From assembly GCF_001194135.2 (NCBI RefSeq), contig NC_068997.1:55393411-55457410 (forward strand): a stretch of DNA of 64,000 nucleotides, read 5' to 3'. The notes beneath the pieces are model-generated. The model was not told the DNA's origin, searched no databases, and saw only the letters and a program-made list of their open reading frames with translations. Below are positions 13,284-26,809 of this stretch, piece after piece. This DNA is from Octopus bimaculoides. Its lineage: Eukaryota. Both the position numbers and the translations under genes were made by a program. Each line of letters opens with the position of its first letter. Within the stretch, counting starts at the first letter, position 1.

Positions 13284-13351
13284 AATTGACAATTTATGCT
13301 CATAAACAAAGGTTAATCATAAAAATATTGCAATGCTAGTAGTTACTAAAC

Positions 13352-14092
<741 letters not shown>

Positions 14093-14689
14093 ATTACTAT
14101 GTTGTCATGTACTATTTTACTACAGTACTATGTTATTTCTATATTACTGTATAAATAAATTAGTGTCATTAGTAACTATGCTACTGCAAACTTGCCAAGA
14201 TTTGTAGCAGGGGTGTATTGTGAGTGATTAAAGCTGTCATTTTAAATAACGTCTCTGTTTAAAATAATGAGGGTTCATTCAGTACTTGGTACCTGAACAT
14301 TCTATCCTCTGGCATTGACAAAATCATTTGTAATCAATAAGAATGACTAATGACAGTGTCTATTTTCATGATGTTATTGTGATCATATTGGCGTTGTTTA
14401 CTGAGCAGGTCTATGATAAGAGTTGCTTCATTTTTATTGAAACCATCTTTTCCAGGTATCATGTATCTACAAATTCATTACCTGATATCGTACACACTTT
14501 TTTGAGATGATGATATAGAATACAAGACAATTTTGGCAACCATTTCTTACAGTTTGACTGAGTTGAAGTTACTTCTTTGATGTTTGTAACAACAAATCAT
14601 ACAAACTAATATTGTAGTTTCTCATTTAGGTCAGCAAATCTGAAGTGAGTGGGGTTGGTCAGTTTCATCAAATTTAATCCTTGACTCTA

Positions 14690-14815
14690 CCTTATCTTTT
14701 ATTGACTCCTGAAAGAATGACTGATGAAGTTGAATGTTGTTGCATTTGAACTCAGAATGTAAAGTATTTTTCTGGCATTCTAATGGTTCTGCTAACTCAC
14801 CACCTGACAACTTAT
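14690..14815 (-). mobile_element. SINE family B, degenerate head
   Basis: ttattgactcctgaaagaatga...tttgaactcagaatgtaaag...ttctgctaactcacc. Confidence 0.55.
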
Positions 14816-15584
14816 GCAATAACATCAGTTCAATTCTATAAGCTTTAAAATGTGAGGAAGAACAAACCTTATAGAGTATTTGATTTAGGTGGAGGTTGAT
14901 GAAGAGGAATATAAAAGAGAGTTTAGTGTCCTTCAAATGGTGGCAATAACATAGAAATGTTTACACATATTATTTGAAAATATATTACAACTTTTTATGT
15001 CATTCTAAAAGTTTGGTAACCAACCAAACTTTAACGTTTTGATCAAGGTATCGTTGCTATCACTATAACATCATTTCAAAATACAAGCTCTTTACATAGA
15101 ACCTATTTCAGTTATTATAATAAAATAAAAGTTATAGTTTTGCAAAATTTAAAAAAGAACTAAAAGAATAAAATTCATGAATTGAATAGTGTTTTGCATT
15201 TTCTAACGAAGTCAATGTATCTTGATAGATGGAAAAATGTTTCTGCTCATAGCTTGAAGTGATATGAAATTTTAAACATTAAGTATGAAGTATAATTTTT
15301 ATTATTTTGTTTAATATTGCTTATTTCTTATAGATTATATTCTGAATATTTTAGGTAATTTTATGTTTAATTTCTTGCATAAAATGGATCATATTAGTTA
15401 GATTGTAAATGTCAAGCTGAAGAATGTTTGTAATAATATTAATCTGAGGACAATCATTTTTAGAAAAAAAACTACTTCATTAAATTTGGATTAAACTTTT
15501 AATCAGTGCTTCATATAAGTTTAGTTATTTATACAACAGAGCTTATAGCAACATAGTTGATATTAACTTGGAATATCTGATTGG

Positions 15585-15905
15585 TGGAGAACCATAGACA
15601 TGGTTGTTTAGTATAGAAGTTCGTTTCTCAACTATGTGGCTTCAAGTTCAGTTCCACACTCTGACCAACATCTTCCCCTGTTTGACCCACCAGGTCAAAT
15701 AGGCCTTCTAAGTAGATTTAGTTGATGAAAACCGTTCTCAGTCAATTGTGAAAACATGTCCAGACATGGGGCTATATCACCCTGCTTGGGAATAGGTAGG
15801 AGCTGGTAGGGAGAAGAGCATGTGGACAAAGAACATCTGCCTCACTGGATTCTGTCTGATCTGTGCAAGCATGGAAAACTGAATTTTAAAATGATGTGAT
15901 AATGC
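15585..15905 (+). mobile_element. Degenerate SINE: tRNA-like head plus E-type tail
   Basis: caagttcagttccac head; gattctgtctgatctgtgcaagcatggaaaa tail. Confidence 0.5.
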
Positions 15906-16377
15906 TGAGGGTAAAAGAGAAACTGCTTTTGACAGTCTGATCATTGATGTTCCGACCATGACCATTACTATCTCTTGTTTGCAGGACTACTTAATGCAAA
16001 CTCTTATCCATTTTTTAAATAGTAGAATGATTTGAGAGATATTTGGCTATTATTTCTGGCAACTACTCCATATAGAGATCTTCAATATTGGTTTACACCT
16101 TGTTGGTGACATACTGTAATCTTGATGCTAAGGATTTGCCTGATGATGTAAAAAGCTGTTTCAATCTTTATTGTTATTGAAATTTTTAATTAGGTTTGAA
16201 GAAACTTTTAACAAATATTTTGAACATTGCTCCATTTATTGATAAAATAAATTTGTTCATGGTAAGTTCCATTATTGTCTGTTTAGTGTATGGCAACAGA
16301 ATAATAAAGAATGTTATTTAGGGTGAGATCAGCTCTGATTAAAAGCCATTCCAGCGAGGACCATGCTGTCATTTCAA

Positions 16378-16566
16378 TCCTTTAGCATTTGAACCAGCTG
16401 TATCTGGTTTATGCTCAAACAAGTCAGATCTGGCCTCCTACATCTACTCTACAATGTCATTTGAGAAATAAAATTCCAAAGCTATGAGATAATGCTTGAT
16501 AAATGCAAAACAATGTGAATAAATAAGCATTACATTTGTACAGAGTAATCTGAATGTAAAAAGGTT
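16378..16566 (+). mobile_element. MITE-like element, degenerate copy of 44851-45078 family
   Basis: ccctttagcattt...gtcagatctggcctc...ctacaatgtcat...gtaatctgaatgtaaaaaggtt. Confidence 0.55.
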
Positions 16567-17809
16567 CAAAAGTTTAGAACAACATTATGCCATATGCCTT
16601 TCTTTTTCTCAAATGAACAAGGATTCAAGTCATAGATTTGCAGATAGATCAGGCCTGAGCTACAATAAAACAACAATAATAACACTAAGTCTATAAAAAT
16701 CAACAGATCAATATTTACTATGAGGTTGATATCAGTTTAGATTCAAATGGTATTATTAATGAACATTTTCTCTTTATGTTAAAAAAAAAAACCCTTGAAA
16801 ATGTGAAAAAGATCACAATCAACAGATATATTGTTTATTTGAGAGGAATGTGATATTTTTATCATTATAATTGTGTTATTTCAGTAAATCCAAAAACTAT
16901 TTCAAACATCTATTAATTTAACAATAATATTTTTTCAATGTATGCAAAAGCTCTCATGATACAATTTCTAACAACAAGGCCTTCAATATACATAACGATA
17001 TCCTTTGATCAAGCTGCACTTATTGCAGGTAACATTAACTGAATGTATTCATTAAATATTTAAATTGAATCACAGAGATTTCATGCTTCAAATGCAATGT
17101 GTCAAATATATTTTAGTTACAGGGGAAAAGTAAAAATATTCCCAAAAATGTGTTTTCCCTTTTTCACAATCTCTCTTTCCCCCCTCCTTCTCCCCACCTC
17201 TCTCTGAAAGATCTGTTAAAAACGTTGATATTTCAAAAAGTAGCAGGAAATTTAATTTTTTTATTAAGTTTTCTTTACTTCGGATTCTTTTCTTTGGAAT
17301 TTCTATAATGGATTCATTTCTACATTTCAAAATTTCAAGTTATTAAATGATAACTGCAATGGATATATCTTTTTCCTTGAGTTGTTTTGTTAAACAAAAT
17401 TTGAATACAACTTGTCTGTATGTACATGAGTTACAAATAATTTTATTTCTAGTTGATTACATTAAATTGTCATTATGTTTCTCACAAACACAGATGCAAA
17501 ACATTGGAATAAACAAACAGTTCTTCCAAATTGAAAATCATTGATAAAACTTGCCAATGGAATTACAAAGCTAAAAGAAAACAAGTTATTAGACTCTCAA
17601 ACTTAAAATTAATAACAAAGTACACTTTGAATTTGAAGCTTGATTTTACCAATTTCTATCGTCCAAATTAGTGAGGTAAATCCTAAAATATCAAAATAAT
17701 TACATTTATCAAAGTATAAGCAGTCAGTGAAACAGTGAGAGAATTTATGAACAGAAAAAATAACAGGACAAATAGATAGAAAGAGAAGGAATCACATGGC
17801 TGACTCATG

Positions 17810-19500
17810 CAACAAACTGAGGATGCTGGAAGTAAAGAACTCTGGTTGAGGTCGCCAGCTGAAAACGTGAAACAAAAAACAGAATGTCTGGTTATAGCTG
17901 TTCAGAAACAAGCTAAGGATTAAGGAAAAGATATCCGTTTTTAAATCAACTTATTCTGTCTGTCTGTTTCTCTCTCTCTCTGGCCCTTTGAAATACAGGT
18001 CCTACATATTTTTTGCCAGCTGAGTGAACTGGAGCAATGTGAAATAAAGTGTCTTGCTCAAGGACACAATAAACAGCTGACAATCAAACTGATGCCCTTA
18101 CAAGCATGGGCCAAACACCTTAACCACTAACCCACTTGCCTTCACATATTTTCGTGTAAACAAGGAATAAAGAAGAGAAATTTTATAATTTCAAAAACAA
18201 AACTTTATCCATTTAAGCACAAAGTTTATAATACAATCCATAATTGCAATAATTTTGTGTAAAACAGCATTGAATAAAGTATGTCTTTAGGCACCATTCA
18301 TGTGGAAGATTCAACTGGACAAGAAGACCCCTAAGTGGATATAAAATATAGCGTTGCAGCAACTTACATATTTAAAATAGTTGTTTAAACAGATGTCAAA
18401 CCATTGCATCGTAGCTTACTTTAAATTTTGTCTGCTGTTCATGATGTTATAATTCTCTGTAGAGTAAAAGAATAAATAAACGTGTTTAAATTCAATGCAA
18501 GGAAAATATATATTCACTCATTCCAACAGATAAAACCAAATGGAAATAGTGAATCTTATTATTAACCATTCATACTATTCCACAACGAGAATGGATATTG
18601 AAATACCAATAATGATGGTGACGAGGCCTATGAGGAGAAAGAATATGAAGCTGTGGCCAGTCATATTTCCATTTATGGTTTATGAATTTCAGACGTAAAA
18701 CAGAATGAACTGGGAAGCTAATAGAGTAAATGTCAATGTCAAAGTTTGATGTTTAAGATGTGATTCAGGAAGATGTGTTTAGAACTTTTCAACCACACTT
18801 CAATAACAGAAGTTGAATGGTTGAACAAGAGGAAAACTCATTTGTCAACTGCAATCTGCTACAAGAAATGAAGAGCTAACCAGTCAGATTATACTGTAGA
18901 GATATCTTAATTAAAACTGCTCAAAATTACTTTATATATGGCTGTTTTCAACAAAACCGACATCGTTATCTCTGTGAAAGGTGATACTGAGTTTAGTACC
19001 AGATTCCAAACTATATCACATTCCCAAGATATATTTCTATGACATGTGATGCATGAAAAAGGCAGAAATAAAATAATGAACCAAAACCCACTCTCCCCAT
19101 GCCTTGTTACTCATCAGGCATTGGGTACTTTCCTATTCTCAGAACATTTGCTGTCTTCATTTCTTTATGCACATTATTTTGGAAAGATATCTCAAAATAA
19201 TATCAACAACAATACTAAAGATTGACCATATTATTGAAGCAAGACAAGAAATGAGTTTATAGTTGAAAAAGCAAAAATGAAACAAAGACAAAAAGTAAGA
19301 TCCTAGACATTGCCATACTATTTGGTAATAGAGGGGATGCCAAAGAAATTAAGAAAATCAAGAAATATGAGGACCTAACACCAGAGAGGCTAACAAGTTT
19401 GTAGAAGACAAAGCTGACAATTGCAGCTTTGGTAATTGGCACATGTGGCAGAACACACAAGATGCTATCTAAGAGATTGAAAGATATTGGAAGTGAGGCC
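17810..19500 (+). mobile_element. Decayed RLE-type (R4/Dong-like) non-LTR retrotransposon, C-terminal fragments, interrupted
   Basis: 17810-17915 reads QQTEDAGSKELWLRS..KQKTECLVIAVQKQA (cf. ETExxIxAxQDQA). 19172-19500 reads, with frameshifts, KIDHIIEAR..KILDIAI...KEIKKIKKYEDL..RLTSL*KTKLTIAALVIGTCG..KRLKDIG, matching the PD-(D/E)xK restriction-like endonuclease tail. Confidence 0.75.
17985..18146 (-). mobile_element. SINE family C head
   Basis: tgagtgaactggagcaatgtgaaataaagtgtcttgctcaaggacac...taaccactaacc. Confidence 0.8.
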
Positions 19501-21279
19501 TGCAGCAGCAGACACTTATCTAGGTGCCATACAGTAGGAGTGAACCTGAAATCACTGATGCGAAGCAAACATCACCACCCAGACAGCCATGCCCCTCCAG
19601 ACGTATCAACATATTAATTAATCAGTTATTAAACAGTAAACTAATCACGTGTAAACAGTTGATAGAAGGAAAGAGAACAGTTTTAATATAAACAGTTTGA
19701 CTGGTGTAAGAACATAATCTTAACTGATATAAAGAATATATGGTAAATTTCCTGGTTTTAGCTTCACATTGAATCACTTGTCTAACTCAGATAAATACAA
19801 GGATATTAATTCACATAATACAGAGTTAGAGGATCTAAAAGCTTAGGATGTTGACAAATCTTATATATTTATTGATTTGTGGATTGCCGATAGCAAGTGA
19901 TCCGTGTATATATGTCATTCTGACTGAACCAAGCTGCCAGCTTTTATGAATGTATTTTGCTCTTTTGCTTTGCACAGGACAACATCTGTACTAGATTCTT
20001 GATGTACTTCATTTTGAATTTTACTTAGTTGCAGTGTAAGCGTGTGAGTGTATGCAGGAGGTGCAGGGGTGGAGCGAGTTACAATCATCTTATCTGTGTC
20101 ATAAGGGGAAACTATAATGTTACTTTGAAAAATCATTTAGATTAGATTTCCTATGATGACAAAAGAAGTAAAGAAAAGATATTCAAACTTAGACAACGAT
20201 TAGTTTTCCTCATTATTAGCATTATTCCTATTTTGTTTGTTTTTTAATATTTACGTAAATAACGATAAAACAGTAAGAATTTAACAAAATTTATTTGCCA
20301 AAGTGCATGGTAAATATCAAATTGCACTCGGTGGTTTCTTGGTCTGGTCAATAAATGTAGCAGACAATTATTGTGAGTTAGATTATATGGAAGGATTTCA
20401 TTATAACAATTATATGAACTGGCAGTAATAAATAATGTCTACTTAAAAAAAAAAAAACCAGTTCCATTGAAGTAAAGATAAACACAGCATATCGCTTTAT
20501 TATTATTATTATTATTTATCTATCTATTATGTGATCTGGTAAAAGATGAGAATTTTTTTTCTTTCTGACAAAAAACATCAAACTCAAGTTTTAAATTTTA
20601 CACAGAATATTACTTTCTCACATTTAATATAAATTTACATGGAAATCTAATAAAGAATTTGTTTTGATTTGTTTATTTTGAAACTGATTTTTTTTTTTTT
20701 GAAAACAAAATAAACGGAAATGTTTGGCTACAGAAAAACAAATAGAAAGCATTAATATTCTTTTCTCTTTTTACTTTTCTCAAACTTGTTGCTATTATTA
20801 TTATTATTATTAGTTGTATTGGTATTAGCATCAGTAGTAGTAGTGTTAGCAACAGCAGTAATGTTACTGTACATCTGAAAACTGTGTTTTTAGGTTTGTA
20901 GGTGTTACATTGATAGACGTATTATCAGCCAGTTACACCACCACCACCACCACTGGCCCTTGAGTCCCTTTAGTGGGGTACAGTTTAACGTAAACATTTA
21001 AACCAGATCTCTTGTCTGAGAATAACTTCTTCCCTTTCTCCACCAGTTGCAGAGACCCTCAAAATTTTCATAGGGTATGACCCTTTTACATTCACTGAAT
21101 CACTCCTTAAAAATGAAGTATTCATTAATAGCTGTGTTGAACAAATTTTGTTTTTATTGGAGATTTCAAACCCCTCTGGGTCAACAGTGCCTTTCAACTT
21201 CAATAAACTGAAGTACCAGTCAAGTACTGAGGTCAATGGTATCAAATAAACCCTTCCATAACAACTGTTCACCTTGTAC

Positions 21280-21479
21280 AGTTCTATATTTAAGAAATGA
21301 GGAATTATTTACATTTGATGGATATTTGTCCTCATCTTGTTTGTTCTTAACACAACGTTTTGGCTGATATACCCTCAAGCCTTCCTCATGCCCATGGGCA
21401 TATGGTGTAGTGGTTAAGAGCATGGGCTACTAACCCCAAGATTCCAAGTTCGATTCCAAGCAGTGACCTGAACAATAGC

Positions 21480-21511
<32 letters not shown>

Positions 21512-21653
21512 CAACATCGAAAAATACCTTAGGAATGAGAACCCAGGTTCGAAATTTTCCCAAGACACCAGAAGAAGGCTGGAGGATATATCAGCCAAAA
21601 CGTTGTGTTAACAACAAACAAGATGAGGACAAATATCCATCAAATGTAAATAA
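21280..21653 (+). mobile_element. tRNA-headed, hammerhead-bearing short retroelement with 5' inverted arm and 14-bp TSD
   Basis: TSD tgttcaccttgtac at 21266-21279 and 21654-21667; inverted arm ~21280-21389; tRNA-like head 21396-21468 (A box TGGTGTAGTGG, B box GTTCGATTCC); (AAT)n; degenerate HHR motif 21564-21609. Confidence 0.85.
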
Positions 21654-21699
21654 TGTTCACCTTGTACCTAAATTATTCATTAGCACAGTATTCTATAAA

Positions 21700-22250
21700 C
21701 CATTTAGTGCATTTAGAATTGTGGGTTTTAGTTGTGCAAACAACTGAAGGAGATATAACTTGCAGAATGGAATTATTTACCTGTTTATCGGTTTTGGGTA
21801 TGAGTCTTAGACAAAATACCTTTGCTGCCAAGAATATTGTGTGTGTAGAACATAGAATATCTCTGTAGGCAGACAGTTTAGTATACTGGAAGATTGTTAT
21901 TTGGTAGGAAGATCTGAGAGGGGTTGTTTTTTGGGGGCATTAGTTGGACAGTTTTATGAAAATAGAGGTTGTAGTGAATGGGCAAAGTTTGTTGATGTTT
22001 AACACAACATTAGCCCTGATAGGGCATATATGTGATTTAAAAAATGTTACAGCCATAACCATCCCTTCATTATCTCAGATACATTGCACAGTGGAGAATA
22101 TTTTCCAATGTGTCCCTCTTTTCTAAGATGGAAGGATGTAAGTGAGGAATAATTAGCTGCTATTTCTAACTGGTGGTGCAATCTTGCAAAGCAGTTATGG
22201 CCAAACTGCAGACCACAGGAATTTCTGAATAGCACATCTAATGAAAAATT
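21700..22250 (+). mobile_element. Possible decayed LINE (Tx1/L1-like) C-terminal remnant
   Basis: Raised GC and Trp/Cys-rich broken frames (..H..EYFPMCPSFLRW..; AISNWW..LW); weak resemblance only. Confidence 0.25.
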
Positions 22251-22379
22251 AACCTTGAAATTTTTTAGTAGTGCAGCTCATCTGATGATGAGCATGTCTC
22301 ACATGACCTGCTACTTGAGAAAGGTTGCTTCCATGCCTGACATGAGAGTCTTCTTCAAAGAGTAGGGAATGGGTACAAG

Positions 22380-22620
22380 TTATCATCATCATTTTAACAT
22401 CCATTTTCCATGCTTGCAAGAGTCAGAAGTTGAAGTAGATTTTTTGTTTTATAACCAGATGCCTTCCTTTTTGTCAACCCTTAACCACAAGGTAATGTTT
22501 CCCTATGGTCAGGCCAGTTTCCGCAGAATATAGGAAATAAACAACATTGCTTGCATGGAAATACTGATCCTTTATAACTATTGTGCAATGTCAAGAAAAG
22601 GAGACACGAACACACACACT
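22380..22620 (-). repeat. E-type repeat
   Basis: catcatcattttaacatccattttccatgcttgca... typical reverse tail. Confidence 0.55.
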
Positions 22621-22713
22621 TCCATGCATGCACACACATATTATATATATATATATATATATATAAGTCAGTAAATAGTGAGGTTGTGTTAACCGCACGT
22701 GGAGAAATAACAC

Positions 22714-23289
22714 GAAAATGAAAAAAAAGGCAGAATGCTAAACTGGAAGCATATTTTAATAAAGATTTCTAACCAGTTTTCATTGTGAAAGCAAATTATC
22801 AAGAAGAAGGAGAATGAAAATGTTTTTTACAAAGAAGTACAAAATGAAGTGTGTGTAAGGGGAAACAAATGTTTTTAGTTGGAGAACTCCAACTAAAAAC
22901 ATTTGTCTCCCCTTACACACACTTCCTGTTTTGACAACACATTTCCTGCTTAACACAAACTTTTAACCCTTTTTTTAAACCTAACAAAACTCTCAACTCT
23001 CATGCATCCTTATTTTTCCTACCATTATATACATGAACTACTATTGAACTTCAAAAGCTCAAAGACAATATAATGTATGGGTATATTTATTTTTTTATAT
23101 ATTATTTTTTTTATATATTATTTTTTTTATATATTATTTTTTTTATATATTATTTTCTTCATTTTGTACTTCTTTTTAAAAAAACATTTTCATTCTCCTT
23201 CTTGATAATTTGCTTTCGCAATGAAAACCGGTTAGAAATCTTTATTAAAATATGCTTCCAGTTTAGCATTCTGCCTTTTTTTCATTTTC
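22714..23289. mobile_element. Penelope-like remnant: inverted pseudo-LTR pair, each arm with a U3-A8 variant hammerhead motif
   Basis: 22714-22849 is the reverse complement of 23156-23289; central ~38-bp hairpin 22849-22924; motif TTC-TTGATAA-T-TTGC-TTTC-GCAA-T-GAAAACCGGTTA-GAA at 23199-23237 (+) and a mutated copy at 22767-22805 (-). Confidence 0.65.
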
Positions 23290-23299
23290 CTATATATAT

Positions 23300-23336
<37 letters not shown>

Positions 23337-25240
23337 CACCACACATATATAATAATAATAATAATAAAAAGCAACAACAAAGTTAAGAATATAGATTTCT
23401 TACATTGTTCAGTAATATTGTTGTAGAAGCTGGTAACAGTTGCAGGCTGATGGATCAAGAATGTTAGGGGAAAAGTGAGTGCCAAGACATGATATCACAC
23501 CATTAAGTTCATAGTTTGTGACACACACATAAACACAGGTATGCTGTGTTACTCATGCAGACATACTTTGACCAAGCATTGCAGCATTAGCAAATATATG
23601 GAGTTATATCTATAGAAAATTAACCTTGTGAAATTGAACCCACAAAGCCCTTTTTTGGCAACTTGGGATAAGGACGATTAAAATAAGAGTTTATCATGAT
23701 CTGCTCATCCGTCTCTTTCAAATTTCAAATGTGAAACAACAGAAAGTTATTTGCTAAAACTGTTAACAAAATTGTGGCAAATACAAAGTTTTATTTTAGA
23801 AATGATTGTAATACAATAATTTGTTGAAATGTGTAATTTTGGATTCTGATAGCAGATTTACTTCCCTAAAAGCATTGAAAGACATCTCATTTTCTAAGTA
23901 TTAAAAGAAAATTGGATTTTAAAATTTATGTTTGAAAATAAATATCTTGTTACTTTCGTTTTTGTTGTTTCTAGCTTTTGTTCTTTTTAATTCCCCAAAC
24001 AGTTATGTCAAGTTAATAATGTTAAAACACTGAATGTGTAGATTTGAGAAATATTTAAACACACACATGCACACACACACACATATTTATATCTATACAC
24101 ACACATATACAACGAACCAATATAAATATTTTTGTGAGAATTTTCATTTTATGTTGTTTTACAAATTAGATTTTGGTAAAATCATTACATGATTTCCTCC
24201 ACTAAATTCATGAAAAGGGGATTATATTTTTGCTGTCAAACATATATTCGATTTGACTTTTTTAAATTTCCCCAGAGAAAAAAAAAATCGGAATGGGTTT
24301 CTTTTTTTATCAGCAAAGAATTTTGTTCAAAAATACTTTTCTATTTGAGTAAATGAAGATCATAGAAACATCTACAATAAAAATGAAAGTCTGTTTATAA
24401 AGGTGATGAGAGAAGTGACTCAGAAATCGATTATTCATTTCTTATTGCGGACACTGCTATGTCTATGGCCAAAAGGTTTAATTCTACAAGGTTTGTTTAA
24501 CCTAGACATAAGTAAATAGCTGTTGTTGTTGTTCTTAAAAAGTCATCCTAGGTCAGCCCTGAATGAATAAATCTATGAAACTATTATGAACACAAAGTGT
24601 TGTCCTGATGACATCCTAAATTCTGTGGGTGTGCAGTGGGATGGAATTCTGATGAAATGTGTTATCAGAGTGATTGGAAAATCTGAGAATGTTCAGCTGG
24701 ATGTTGATGGTGGCAGTTAATATTCTTTAGAAAACAAACTCACTTAGCATGAGCTGAAGCACCTTAGAAAAAAAAGGAGACAAATTCTTTATCCAAAAGT
24801 AATTAAAATTTCATTTGCTGCAATAATATCTGAATGATTTGTATCATGTTGGAAAGACATAAATAATAGATTTTGGAGATGGGGAAATCTTAAACTGAAG
24901 ATCAAATCCTAATGTGGCAGATATTTGTAGAAACTACAAGAATGGTCATTCAAGCCATGTTGCCAGTGACCAGGTCACAGATGTTCCATGAAAATCTAGA
25001 CACATTATCATCATCACCATCTAATATCCATTAAATGATGATGATAACATTAAGAAATAAATAAAAAGAGGAAATTAATAGCTTTTTAGGTTTCAAAATA
25101 ATTAAAATTAGCCTTCATTGATATAATTGCTCATATTTGCACTTTTAACCGTTTTGGTATCAACCCGGCTGAAACCAGCTCGGGCTCTGTAGTTCAAATG
25201 TCTTGTTTCCAAAAGTTCTGAATTAAAATCTTCCTCCAAA

Positions 25241-25606
25241 CCTTTATTTCAGTCATTAGACTGTAGCCATGCTGGGGCACCACTTTGAAGAATTTTTTAG
25301 ATGAAGGAATTGACTCCTACACTCAATTGTTTTTAAGATTGTACTTATCCTATTGGTCTCTTTTGCTGAACTGCTAAGTTATAGGGACATAAACATACCA
25401 ACACCAGTTGTCAAGTGGTGGTGGGGCACAAAAACACACACTCTCTCTCACACACACACACACATATGTATGATGGGCTTCTTTCAGTTTTCATCTACCA
25501 AATCTACTCACAAGGCTTTGGTTGGCCAAAAGACACTTGCCCAAGGTGTGACTGAACTCAGAACCATGTGGTTGGGAAGCAAACTTCTTACCACATGGCC
25601 ATGCCT
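25241..25606 (-). mobile_element. SINE family A, full length
   Basis: agtcattagactgtagccatgctgggg...gggcttctttcagttttc...cttcttaccacatggcc. Confidence 0.85.
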
Positions 25607-26162
25607 CTACCTATCCATACAGCTACACCTGTGCCTATTCATAATAAAGAACATTTATTCAAATTGCAGATTTTCTGCTACAACAAGAAATCTTAATACT
25701 CCAATTAATTACTGTAAAAATGTCAGTTAATTAATGTTTAGTCTTCTTATGCAATTTAAGTGTTTTTTGTCTTCTTGTGTATTTTATTTATGTTGGATCG
25801 TCTTCACAATAAAAAGAAACAAAACTAAATGCTTATAATATTTGCTGCTGAGCCCAGGGTCAGCCTTTATCTAGCAGAGATATAACCAATGGCATTCTAG
25901 TTGTGAACAACCCAACTAGGGCTGTAGCATTCCATGTGCCTTCTACTTTTAAGATGCTAAGGTTTGATTTTCAGATTTTATTTCTATTTCTAAAAAGCTG
26001 ATTAACTATCCATTATTAATGTTAGCTCTTGATAGTGATGATGATGATGGTGAAAAGAGGAAGGACGTTAGTTATTAATTAATAGTTAATTGTTATTTTA
26101 TGTTTTTGAATTTGCTGGTAACTATTCCCTTCTACTACAAGCACAAAACTTGAACTTTTGGG

Positions 26163-26460
26163 GCCAGTTGATTATATCAACCCAGTACGCAACTGGTACT
26201 TAATTTATTGATCCTGAAAGGATGAAAGGCAAAGTCAACCTTGGTGGAATTTGAACTCAGAACATAAAAACAGAAGAAATACCGTTAAGCATTTCGTCCA
26301 GCTTGCTGCCTTATATTGGTCCCCAGTGCACAACTGGTACTTATTTTATTGGCCCCGAAAAGATGAAAGGCAAAGAATTTGAACTCAGAATGTAAAGATG
26401 GATGAAATGCCTCTAAGCATTTTGTCTGGCACATTAACAATTCTACCAGCTCGTTACCTT
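26163..26460 (-). mobile_element. Two tandem family B SINE heads (26163-26310, 26318-26460)
   Basis: cccagt..caactggtactta..gaaag.atgaaaggcaaag..aatttgaactcagaa occurs twice. Confidence 0.8.
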
Positions 26461-26755
26461 TAATTTGCTATTAATAAAGTACTAAACTAACTCACCAAAT
26501 GTACAAATATAAACTTTTAGAAGTTAAAAACAAAAGTTATTAAAGAGCTGTTAAATAATAAAAGAAATATCAACTTTATATTGAACATGTATGAAAAAAT
26601 TCATTCATTAATGTTTTTAAAATTATGATGAAATTATTTATAATTGTTATTAATTCAAGCAATTTTTTAAAAATTATATTTCTCTAATTTTTCTCCAATT
26701 TTTTATTCTGTTGCCAAATATATATGATAATTATAAATGCAATAAATTCATATAA

Positions 26756-26756
<1 letters not shown>

Positions 26757-26806
<50 letters not shown>
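26757..26806. repeat. (CA)n microsatellite
   Basis: Perfect CA run. Confidence 0.95.

Positions 26807-26809
<3 letters not shown>

Noticed and set aside
21396-21468. Functional tRNA gene
   Set aside because: A and B boxes are present but the acceptor stem does not pair, and the sequence is the head of a TSD-flanked multicopy element.
21718-21800. Exon candidate ELWVLVVQTTEGDITCRMELF
   Set aside because: Lies within a probable decayed LINE tract and has no independent support.
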